Positions 16,205 through 23,382 of a DNA stretch of 27,709 nucleotides are shown piece by piece (positions within the stretch are counted from its first letter, which is position 1; each line of letters opens with the position of its first letter). The translations under genes and the position numbers were made by a program. The DNA comes from Victivallales bacterium (lineage in GTDB: Bacteria; Verrucomicrobiota; Lentisphaeria; Victivallales; Victivallaceae), in the NCBI GenBank assembly GCA_030634125.1, contig DAOWBJ010000001.1:1-27709 (forward strand), written 5' to 3'. The notes under the pieces are model-generated. The model was not told where the DNA came from. It did no database searches and saw only the letters and a program-made list of their open reading frames with translations.

Positions 16205-16411
16205 TTACGATGTCTCCTTAAAAACGAACCAATCTTCTCTGAGAATCCAATGAGTCTTGATTTCTGGTTCATATCCCGAAGAACAAGTAAAAGAATCATC
16301 TTTGATTGAAAACCAATGTGGATTACCATTATCAAAATGTGAACCGAATGCACCGAGATAAAACTTTTCACCTTTTCGCATTCTTGGTAACGCTTCCTCG
16401 AATTTCATCAT
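16205..16411 (-). CDS. Mini Tad2/DUF2829-like protein, 68 aa
   Basis: Begins MKFEEALPRMRKGEK and ends WILREDWFVF, matching the family's terminal motifs; SD AGGAGG. Confidence 0.5.
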   Translation of the reverse strand: MMKFEEALPRMRKGEKFYLGAFGSHFDNGNPHWFSIKDDSFTCSSGYEPEIKTHWILREDWFVFKETS

Positions 16412-16628
16412 TTCCTCCTAAAAAGTTGAATTTAATCAATAATTTATTTTTTATCAGTTTTGCTTCGGCAAGTCCGCATAATTCACCTTCAGCGAATCCA
16501 GTTTTCCACAATTCATAAAACAGCACTTTCGGGAAAGGTTTTCCATCAAGCCGGACATCAAGTTCAGGAAACCCAGCTTTTTCGTACAATTTGTTAAAAA
16601 TCGGTTGCAATTCAGAATCTTTCATCAT
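16368..16628 (-). CDS. Hypothetical protein, 86 aa, first gene of the leftward block
   Basis: SD GGGGG; directly downstream of the promoter array; its 3' end overlaps the next gene's RBS. Confidence 0.7.
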   Translation of the reverse strand: MMKDSELQPIFNKLYEKAGFPELDVRLDGKPFPKVLFYELWKTGFAEGELCGLAEAKLIKNKLLIKFNFLGGNDEIRGSVTKNAKR

Positions 16629-16653
16629 CGTCCCCCGTGTTAAGATTAAAAAG

Positions 16654-16740
16654 CTCTAATAGTCGCTATCTGTCTATAATAATACTCTAATAGTCGCTGT
16701 CTGTCTATAATAATACTCTAAATGACGCTACCTGTCAAAT
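16654..16740. repeat. 31-bp tandem repeat, 2 full units plus a degenerate third
   Basis: ctctaatagtcgctatctgtctataataata (16654-84), ctctaatagtcgctgtctgtctataataata (16685-715; 1 mismatch), ctctaaatgacgctacctgtcaaat (16716-40; 18/25). Confidence 0.95.
16679..16738 (-). promoter_or_regulatory. Two tandem leftward sigma70 promoters
   Basis: TTGACA(16738-33)-N17-TATTAT(16715-10) and TAGACA(16707-02)-N17-TATTAT(16684-79). Confidence 0.85.
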
Positions 16741-16887
16741 CAAAAAGCGAACTATTTTCGGAAATTCATGCATTTTTCTGCATAATTCACGTAAAATAAA
16801 TGAGGGCGGTATAACTCTAATTATATTTACAGTTATGATGGTGAAAAAATAAAAGCAATAATCAGCAATAAAAACGGGGCAAATAAT

Positions 16888-16915
16888 TTGACATCGACGT
16901 TATCGTGAGTAAACT
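16888..16915 (+). promoter_or_regulatory. Rightward sigma70 promoter
   Basis: TTGACA(16888-93)-N16-TAAACT(16910-15), about 50 bp upstream of the 16966 ATG. Confidence 0.75.
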
Positions 16916-16947
16916 TACTAACGACACGAAAGAACTTACTAACGACA
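16904..16947. promoter_or_regulatory. Candidate operator: palindrome plus 15-bp direct repeat
   Basis: CGTGAGTAA-AC-TTACTAACG (16904-23; arms 8/9 complementary) spans the -10; AACTTACTAACGACA occurs at 16912-26 and 16933-47. Confidence 0.65.
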
Positions 16948-16965
16948 TAATCAAGGGACGAAACC

Positions 16966-17652
16966 ATGAGTTTCATATCTGATATAAAAAAAGAATTGGG
17001 AAAGCGTATTAAGGTAATTCAGGCATTAGAATTAGGCACTTCAAGCACTGGTTATTTGAAATCAGAAACGAAATTACGATCAAAATTATTACGTTTTATC
17101 ATTCTGGGTAAAATGCGGAAGCGCAGCAAGTATTTCGAACTACAGGAATATTACGAACATGACGCTTTAACCATTATTATTGATAAAATACTGAAATTAG
17201 TTGATTCTGGATTCAAACTGCGTTACAGGGACATCAAAGCGACCGTGATTTCATGGAAAGTGGTTCACAAAAAAGGAAAAATACCTAAATTTCATGTAGA
17301 AAAGCTCCAGGTCAAGATAAAAAAGCATTATTTCAGATGTAAGTTGAGATATTATCCTTATTGCCCCAATTGTGGAAATATGGCTTACAAAATTAAAATA
17401 GATTATAATACGCAACCTGTATGGAATACATGCGGTCATATGATTGCATACTTTAACAGTGGTGCTGATATTGAAATATTTTGTACCTGTGGAACACTTC
17501 ACGATATAAATTATGGAGTAATTAGTGTACATCGTAACTCATTTATTGAATCACAAGTGAAATATCAGCCTAAAATCATCGAATTAGTGAAAAAAAGGTT
17601 TGAAAGACGTTTTCCACCAATATTTTTACCAGGAGGTAATCATGTCCAATAA
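16966..17652 (+). CDS. Basic protein with Cys/His metal-binding motifs, 228 aa
   Basis: Very Lys/Arg rich; CPNC...CGH...CTCGTLH; first gene after the rightward promoter. Confidence 0.75.
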   Translation: MSFISDIKKELGKRIKVIQALELGTSSTGYLKSETKLRSKLLRFIILGKMRKRSKYFELQEYYEHDALTIIIDKILKLVDSGFKLRYRDIKATVISWKVVHKKGKIPKFHVEKLQVKIKKHYFRCKLRYYPYCPNCGNMAYKIKIDYNTQPVWNTCGHMIAYFNSGADIEIFCTCGTLHDINYGVISVHRNSFIESQVKYQPKIIELVKKRFERRFPPIFLPGGNHVQ

Positions 17653-17842
17653 TTTATCAGCGATTTATGCACAAATAACCAGCATTGTTGATTCTATTGA
17701 TGCAATTACGCAAGGTATTAAGGGACATTCATCAAAAACACCTAAAATGGGTCGGAAGTCTGAAGAAAAGATATTGGATAACCTAATCCGCGCAAAAATC
17801 CAGATGGATTTCGCTGCCGGTTACTTCGAAAGGAAAAAATGA
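17642..17842 (+). CDS. Hypothetical helical protein, 66 aa
   Basis: Probable start is ATG 17642 after AGGAGG, not 17600. Confidence 0.75.
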   Translation: MSNNLSAIYAQITSIVDSIDAITQGIKGHSSKTPKMGRKSEEKILDNLIRAKIQMDFAAGYFERKK

Positions 17843-18090
17843 AAGAAGCTTCACACAAATTGAACGCATTGTTAATGCGGGTGCATGAATTTATCGGATC
17901 GACCGTGCAGATCCTTGACATGGACGTCCAAGAACGCACCCGCGCTGCTTTTGTTGAAATATCCGACGTAATTCAACAGGTGCAGGGAATCCTCGAGAAT
18001 AACTGCGACAAACCTGTAAAACCACGCAAACCACGTAAAAAATCGGCGAACAACAACAAAAAAGTAGAGAAAACCGATGAAACAGAGTAA
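17839..18090 (+). CDS. Hypothetical protein, 83 aa, basic C-tail
   Basis: ATGA overlap with the upstream stop. Confidence 0.75.
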   Translation: MKEASHKLNALLMRVHEFIGSTVQILDMDVQERTRAAFVEISDVIQQVQGILENNCDKPVKPRKPRKKSANNNKKVEKTDETE

Positions 18091-18244
18091 TAAATACGGG
18101 TTTTTAACCCCAGGTAATCCAAAGGATGATAAACACCGCCTATTTGATGAAATTAAAATAATTCATTGCTGCATGGATCAACCCGACCAAGAAAAAAGAA
18201 CAACATATTCTGATATTATAAAGGAAATGAAACATGGTATATAA
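18077..18244 (+). CDS. Hypothetical protein, 55 aa (not in track)
   Basis: Hand translation MKQSNKYGFLTPGNPKDDKHRLFDEIKIIHCCMDQPDQEKRTTYSDIIKEMKHGI*; fills the gap and overlaps both neighbours. Confidence 0.55.
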   Translation: MKQSNKYGFLTPGNPKDDKHRLFDEIKIIHCCMDQPDQEKRTTYSDIIKEMKHGI

Positions 18245-18407
18245 AAACGGTGTATCCTGTCCTTTTTTTACAGAAATCGTGGAAGCAATCAAGAAAGTAC
18301 ATGAAGATTTCGGGGATACACCAATTGACAATGATTTTGTACAATTACTGATTAAACTCGAAAATTACGTGATAAATAAAATTGAGGATCACAAAAAACG
18401 AAAATAA
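18234..18407 (+). CDS. Hypothetical protein, 57 aa (not in track)
   Basis: Hand translation MVYKNGVSCPFFTEIVEAIKKVHEDFGDTPIDNDFVQLLIKLENYVINKIEDHKKRK*; SD AAGGA. Confidence 0.65.
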   Translation: MVYKNGVSCPFFTEIVEAIKKVHEDFGDTPIDNDFVQLLIKLENYVINKIEDHKKRK

Positions 18408-18416
18408 CCACCAAAA

Positions 18417-18442
18417 TTAACTTTTACGAAAGGGAAATCATG
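18417..18442 (+). promoter_or_regulatory. Start-associated sequence, copy 1
   Basis: TTAACTTTTACGAAAGGGAAATCATG; 24/26 identical to 19308-19333. Confidence 0.6.
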
Positions 18443-18733
18443 GCAGTAATACATTTTGATAACAGGATAATTAACTTGGACACGGGAATTGTTGTCGTTT
18501 TTACATCATCGGGATTAGAAAAAGGTGAATTAACTTGTATTCCTGGAATACAACTATATTCAATGCACGTTCCAGACGAAAGTTGTGTAGAAAACATTAC
18601 TTTTCGTTCACATGCAAAAAAAACACATGATGAAGCGAAAGAATTTGCACGGAAGAAAACAGTGCAAATGTTTTCAAGTGAAAGACAAGTATTTCTAACA
18701 AACCCTCATTCCAAGGATGAAAATATTAAGTAA
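18440..18733 (+). CDS. Hypothetical protein, 97 aa
   Basis: SD AAAGGG. Confidence 0.75.
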   Translation: MAVIHFDNRIINLDTGIVVVFTSSGLEKGELTCIPGIQLYSMHVPDESCVENITFRSHAKKTHDEAKEFARKKTVQMFSSERQVFLTNPHSKDENIK

Positions 18734-18878
18734 TTAAACTCCAGGAGATTAAAAATCATTCTAAAAACATTAAAACTCACACGGAGGATATCATGCGATG
18801 TTAATAAATGAAATTGACGCCAGATTAAGGACAAATATGTGAAGGGGGACATATTTTATCCTGTTTGTCTGGGTTTCT

Positions 18879-19019
18879 ATGCGCATCGTAGCGGATCGGC
18901 GCGAGCATACCATCCCCACCGATTATGGGAAGTCAGAACCATGCAATAAGATAGGGATTAACCCCGGGGATGTCGCAGCCCTCGCGAATCTGACAGCGGA
19001 AATTAAAACTGAAAGGTAA
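18879..19019 (+). CDS. Possible 46-aa ORF (alternative to a structured RNA)
   Basis: MRIVADRREHTIPTDYGKSEPCNKIGINPGDVAALANLTAEIKTER*; stops 3 nt before the next ATG but has no good SD. Confidence 0.3.
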   Translation: MRIVADRREHTIPTDYGKSEPCNKIGINPGDVAALANLTAEIKTER

Positions 19020-19022
19020 ATC

Positions 19023-19277
19023 ATGCCAAACTTGGACGTAATAATGGAATGTTCGTTACTGGCTTATGACGTACTCAAATATGATGAGAAATCGAAAGAA
19101 ATCATCAAAGCACTCGACGAAGAAGAAACAGACGCAGGGATTATCGAAGCTATAAAAAAAGCAGCGCAAAGATTAGACGATGTTAATCCTTTAGTGGCGA
19201 AGACAATACGCAAAAAAATGGGATTTACGGATCCAGGTGAAAAAAAAATCAGTAAAGATGTCAACTGCACCGGATAA
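19023..19277 (+). CDS. Hypothetical helical protein, 84 aa
   Basis: SD GAAAGGT. Confidence 0.75.
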   Translation: MPNLDVIMECSLLAYDVLKYDEKSKEIIKALDEEETDAGIIEAIKKAAQRLDDVNPLVAKTIRKKMGFTDPGEKKISKDVNCTG

Positions 19278-19307
19278 GACAAATTATGTGAAACATAGGT
19301 ATTAACT

Positions 19308-19333
19308 TTAACTTTTACGAGAGGAAAATCATG
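19308..19333 (+). promoter_or_regulatory. Start-associated sequence, copy 2
   Basis: TTAACTTTTACGAGAGGAAAATCATG. Confidence 0.6.
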
Positions 19334-20431
19334 AATTATGATGAATTGAATACCGGGGATTTATTTTGTTTTATTGATGTACAAGCGCCGTACATAAAAA
19401 CATGCATCGGTCATACAAACCTTGAAACAGGGGTGAGAAAAACAGAAAGCGATGCAAAAACTCATGTGCTAAAGAGGAGTTTAGATGAAGTAGGTCGTTA
19501 CTGTGCAATCTCGGCAGCTGACTTGGATGAAAGAATCAAATTGTTTCTTGCTTATGCAGAGCAAGAAAAAATGGACAACGAAAAAGTTTCTCCAGAACCA
19601 GATGAAAAACCGAACGGATTTGACGAACCCGCCAAAAAACACAAAACACGCGAACAAGTCTTCGATGAATCCAGGATAATATTGAAAAAAGAATTAGAAG
19701 CAGCTCTAAATGAGTTAGAAGAGAAACCAAAACCCGAAAAATATGGAATTACAGTCGATGTTTCAAAAGAAGGTGAAAAACCGAAAGAAATATTCATCCC
19801 AGTTACGGGAAATGATGAAAAAATCATTAAAAGACCGTTGAACGCTAACTGCTTAGGCATGTCTGTGACTGACTGCCCAAATGAAAAAAATGATTACTCC
19901 ATAGGAACAGACGATTGCAAAACTTGCGAATATTTTCGTGGGGTATCTAAAATTAGTATTCCTACCGAAACCGAATTAATTAAAGAAGCGGGTTTTGTCG
20001 AATGTAAATGGCTTTCAGAAGATGAAAAAAAGGGTGAAAAACACAAGTTCGCGCAAAATGATGAAAAAGAAGCGATACCGCCAGGAATGAAAATTATTCG
20101 GAAATATGTAAGTCAGCGCATACTTGACTTGCAAGCTGTTGGGAACCGGATCATTGTTTTACCTGACACGCCCGAAACAATGTCACAAGGCGGCATTCAC
20201 ATACCCCAGAAATCCGAAGAAGCTGTCGAATTCGGCTGGGTAATCTCTGAAGGTCCCGATTGTACAAATAAATGGGTTGGTAAATATATTTGGTACGGGC
20301 GCTGGTTAGGCGCGAAGGCTGAACTTGACGGGCTGGAACTCAGGGTTTTTGATGAAGATGAAAATTATCCGCTCGCTGTGGTACAAACAAACAAAATTCT
20401 CAGACTCCAGGTCAGTCCGACAGACAATTAA
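19331..20431 (+). CDS. Multidomain protein with C-terminal GroES/Cpn10-like domain, 366 aa
   Basis: The C-terminal ~95 aa (LQAVGNRIIVLPDTPETMSQGGIHIPQKSEEAVEFGWVISEG...VGKYIWYGRWLGAKAELDGLELRVFDEDENYPLAVV) align by eye with GroES, including the mobile-loop GGIxI; preceded by about 265 aa containing a Cys cluster. Confidence 0.85.
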   Translation: MNYDELNTGDLFCFIDVQAPYIKTCIGHTNLETGVRKTESDAKTHVLKRSLDEVGRYCAISAADLDERIKLFLAYAEQEKMDNEKVSPEPDEKPNGFDEPAKKHKTREQVFDESRIILKKELEAALNELEEKPKPEKYGITVDVSKEGEKPKEIFIPVTGNDEKIIKRPLNANCLGMSVTDCPNEKNDYSIGTDDCKTCEYFRGVSKISIPTETELIKEAGFVECKWLSEDEKKGEKHKFAQNDEKEAIPPGMKIIRKYVSQRILDLQAVGNRIIVLPDTPETMSQGGIHIPQKSEEAVEFGWVISEGPDCTNKWVGKYIWYGRWLGAKAELDGLELRVFDEDENYPLAVVQTNKILRLQVSPTDN

Positions 20432-20441
20432 AGAGGTTATT

Positions 20442-20672
20442 ATGCAAAAAGCAAAAAAAACCATTGAACATTACATTGTGTTTTACATGGACAAGCTGGG
20501 GGAAGCGCAACAAGAGCGATATTTACGTCAAAACAAACTAATAAGTGAAATCGCAGGTCGGATTAAAATGCTTATAGAGTTACACAAAATACTTTATGAC
20601 GGGATTATCGATAATGTGCATATGGAAGTTGGTGGCAAACCCGGAGAAATTAAATTCATCAAAAAACCATGA
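20442..20672 (+). CDS. Hypothetical protein, 76 aa
   Basis: Probable start is ATG 20442 after AGAGGT, not 20325. Confidence 0.7.
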   Translation: MQKAKKTIEHYIVFYMDKLGEAQQERYLRQNKLISEIAGRIKMLIELHKILYDGIIDNVHMEVGGKPGEIKFIKKP

Positions 20673-20687
20673 AAAAGGGGGCGAATT

Positions 20688-20918
20688 ATGGAGAATGAAT
20701 CATTGGATGTACGAATACAACGAATGACACTATTTCATAAGCTAACTGAAATAGGTGAAAGAATTAAAGGATTGAGAATAAACTTTTCTGATGGAAATCG
20801 CATCTTGGATCATGCAGAAATCGAGGAATTCAAAAAACGATGCACGAATTTATTTTGCGATTTTCGGGACTTCGAAAAAGAAGCAAATAAGTTTCTGGAA
20901 AATCGGGGGAAAGGTTAA
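20688..20918 (+). CDS. Hypothetical helical protein, 76 aa
   Basis: SD AAGGGGG. Confidence 0.75.
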   Translation: MENESLDVRIQRMTLFHKLTEIGERIKGLRINFSDGNRILDHAEIEEFKKRCTNLFCDFRDFEKEANKFLENRGKG

Positions 20919-20921
20919 ATT

Positions 20922-21179
20922 ATGGCTGATTTTAAAATTGAACCAGCTTATTTAGATGCTTTGCTGTCAACGGATGCACTAAAACCGCCAAAAATGTATG
21001 TATTTCATGTGAGATATAGAACGCAACGAAAAACAAGATATGTTGTTTACGCAGGTTTCAAAATAAAAGTTATGAAGGAATATATTTATGAGGAGCTGCA
21101 ATATTTACGTCAACAGAAACCTATCTGGATAGAATCAATTGAATGTTGTGAAATAAACAGAGGATTTCATGCAAAATAA
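20922..21179 (+). CDS. Hypothetical protein, 85 aa
   Basis: SD AAGGT; overlaps the next gene. Confidence 0.7.
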   Translation: MADFKIEPAYLDALLSTDALKPPKMYVFHVRYRTQRKTRYVVYAGFKIKVMKEYIYEELQYLRQQKPIWIESIECCEINRGFHAK

Positions 21180-21750
21180 TGATAATGTTGATAAAATGTT
21201 GAAAAACGCGCGGGATGTTGATTTATCACCACGCAAGGCGAAGTCCACGCGCGGAGGTAGTGAAACCGTGAATGCAGGCGCGGAGTATGAACGTGACGTC
21301 GCCAGGCGTCTAACAGAAGCGTTTAATCATGACTTTTCGCGCCGGGTGCGTAAATATAAAGGTGATCACGACCTGGAAACCCCGTATGAATTCCCGTTCA
21401 TCATCGAGGTCAAAGTAATGGCTTCTATAGACATTTATTCCGCTGTCGCTAACATCCAGAGAGAAAAAAAGAATAAAACGGGTAAGAAGACAGAAGTTAC
21501 CACGCAATTGATGAAATGGTGGCTTCAAGCTGTGAATCAGTGCAATAGAGTTTCAACAAAGCGCGGGATCATTAAATATCCGCTGTTAATCTGGAAACAG
21601 AAGGGTAAACAGTGGCTGGTTTCCGCGCCCATACCTTTTATGAGCTTTGTCGGACAATTCGCGGTCCTGCATCATTATGGCTTCGGTATTATGACATTAA
21701 AACGGTTTACTGAAATAAATTACGAAACAATCATCAATTACAAGGAATAA
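21169..21750 (+). CDS. Hjc-like Holliday junction resolvase (PD-(D/E)XK), 193 aa
   Basis: GAEYERDVARRL...R...GDHDL...FIIEVK catalytic pattern and WWLQA...YPLLIWKQKGKQWLV, typical of phage Hjc-type resolvases. Confidence 0.75.
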   Translation: MQNNDNVDKMLKNARDVDLSPRKAKSTRGGSETVNAGAEYERDVARRLTEAFNHDFSRRVRKYKGDHDLETPYEFPFIIEVKVMASIDIYSAVANIQREKKNKTGKKTEVTTQLMKWWLQAVNQCNRVSTKRGIIKYPLLIWKQKGKQWLVSAPIPFMSFVGQFAVLHHYGFGIMTLKRFTEINYETIINYKE

Positions 21751-21753
21751 AGG

Positions 21754-21954
21754 ATGAAAGCAGCGGGAAAGTGGGGAAATAATATAAAAATAGATGAATG
21801 GTGCGAACTTTCAAAGTATCAACAGGATAAATTAATATTTTCATCTATGGAATACATTTGCACTGGTCACTACGAAAGCTTCGTGCCGCTATTGAGCGCA
21901 CAATTCGAAAAAGAATATGAAAAGTTAAAAATAAAATACCAGGGAAATAAATGA
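21754..21954 (+). CDS. Hypothetical protein, 66 aa
   Basis: Packed in the operon; SD AAGGA. Confidence 0.7.
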   Translation: MKAAGKWGNNIKIDEWCELSKYQQDKLIFSSMEYICTGHYESFVPLLSAQFEKEYEKLKIKYQGNK

Positions 21955-22277
21955 TAATTCAGAAGGCAAAATGTAGCGCAGAGTCCGGGAAAATAAAATT
22001 CGAGGCTTTAGAATCGCGTCCGAGACAGGGACAGCGTGACCCGACAGGATTTTCAATACATAAATCTTTTATCGGTGGTATGTGGAAGTTCGAGGAAACT
22101 TTTAAGGAAAATAATAATGAAATCACACTGTTTATGATCGTTTTGTTGTATAAAACCGGTGGAACCGACCCTCTATTATTTGAGTATCGAGAACATCGGG
22201 ACCAGGTGTATGATTTTATTGATTCACATACCAACGAAGAAGAATATTCACAATCCGATACCCTTGATATAAATTAG
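21951..22277 (+). CDS. Hypothetical protein, 108 aa
   Basis: ATGA overlap with the upstream stop. Confidence 0.75.
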   Translation: MIIQKAKCSAESGKIKFEALESRPRQGQRDPTGFSIHKSFIGGMWKFEETFKENNNEITLFMIVLLYKTGGTDPLLFEYREHRDQVYDFIDSHTNEEEYSQSDTLDIN

Positions 22278-22284
22278 GTGAAAA

Positions 22285-23094
22285 ATGCTCGCAGCTGACA
22301 TTATAATCGCGCTAAAGAAAAAGCACAACGGTCATAAATGGCGGAATTTCACTGAATTCAGAGAAACCACCGGTTACCTGGGAAAAGGTGCTAATATAAT
22401 AGATTTCCTGGCATTCGGTGTTTATAACTCAGCTGGCGCGGATAAGGTCGTGGCATACGAAATAAAGCAGGTTAAAAGTGATTTTCGCAAAGATGTTAAC
22501 GATTTCAAGACAAAACAGAGGATAGCATTAGAAATATCTAACGAATTTTATTATATTTGTCCACACGGCATCATTTCTATGGACGAAGTACCGGAAATCG
22601 CTGGATTAGCTTACGTTACAGCGACAAAACGCATTAAAATCATAAAACAAGCGCAATATCGCGAATTACAAGGAATACCTTATTACGTGGTAAAGAACTT
22701 ATTATTACAAGCGGTTGAACAGGAACATTTGTCAGATATTCCCATCAAATACATCGGTCAGGAATTAACTCAGAAAGATTTCATGGAATTGGTTAAAAAA
22801 GAAGCAGCTAAAACAAACGAATATAGAATAGAAAGCGAAGCGGAAAAAATACATGAAAAACTAGTTAAAGAAAGAGACGAAGCGGCAGGAATGTTACATG
22901 ATATACACCGGGAAGCAAAATGCACTTGGCATTACGGAAATAGTCATCTAACACCAAAAGAAAAGCACGAAAAAAGCGTCGCAACTATGAAACATGCAAA
23001 CAGCATCACAGAAGCGATTGAAGAAATATCTAAAAAAGCGTTGGAAATATTAGACGCGTCGAAATCACTGACAGAACTAAGCAAAAAACCTTAA
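22285..23094 (+). CDS. MmcB-like PD-(D/E)XK nuclease with C-terminal coiled coil, 269 aa
   Basis: IIDFLAF...AYEIKQVKSDF...SNEFYYICPHGII..DEVPEIAGL matches the MmcB family pattern. Confidence 0.75.
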   Translation: MLAADIIIALKKKHNGHKWRNFTEFRETTGYLGKGANIIDFLAFGVYNSAGADKVVAYEIKQVKSDFRKDVNDFKTKQRIALEISNEFYYICPHGIISMDEVPEIAGLAYVTATKRIKIIKQAQYRELQGIPYYVVKNLLLQAVEQEHLSDIPIKYIGQELTQKDFMELVKKEAAKTNEYRIESEAEKIHEKLVKERDEAAGMLHDIHREAKCTWHYGNSHLTPKEKHEKSVATMKHANSITEAIEEISKKALEILDASKSLTELSKKP

Positions 23095-23109
23095 TTAAGG
23101 AGGATTTGT

Positions 23110-23373
23110 GAGATTGAAAACAAAGTTGAAGAAGTATTACGCGGAGTTTACAAGCTAACGATTTTTAATGAAAATGCACCAGTTGTTGACGGTTAATGCC
23201 CCCGTTTTGAAACACTTGTTGAATTAATCTTAGACTCAGGATTATATGAAATAATCATCGGAATTGATAATTATGGCAGCATTTATATATCTGACATAAA
23301 AAACGCACATGAACAAATCGAAAAAGTATTAAAAAAGCATTTTAATAAAGTATTTACCCGAATCATTAATTAA
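23110..23373 (+). pseudogene. Interrupted ~87-codon frame
   Basis: EIENKVEEVLRGVYKLTIFNENAPVVDG*CPRFETLVELILDSGLYEIIIGIDNYG...TRIIN*, with an in-frame TAA at 23194-96. The strong SD AAGGAGG is followed by a GTG (23108) that is out of frame with this reading. Confidence 0.5.
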
Positions 23374-23382
23374 GGAGGAATT

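Noticed and set aside
16675-16711. Plus-strand TATAAT copies as rightward promoters
   Set aside because: No -35 at 16-18 bp and no correctly spaced extended -10 TGn; they are a by-product of the minus-strand repeat.
16654-16740. 31-bp repeats as a CRISPR array
   Set aside because: The units abut with no spacers, there are no cas genes, and a promoter-unit duplication explains them fully.
18966-19000. HDV-like or hammerhead ribozyme (CAG-CCCTCGCGAAT-CTG; CTGACAG...GAAA)
   Set aside because: The L3 loop is too long, no P1 partner was found, and the hammerhead core CUGAnGA is not matched.
20081-20431. Stand-alone 114-aa GroES starting at ATG 20087
   Set aside because: The AGGA abuts the ATG with no spacer and the upstream frame is open with its own strong RBS. 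Not excluded as a minor product.
23194-23196. Stop-codon reassignment (TAA read-through)
   Set aside because: TAA is the commonest terminator of intact genes in the window and all long ORFs are open in code 11.
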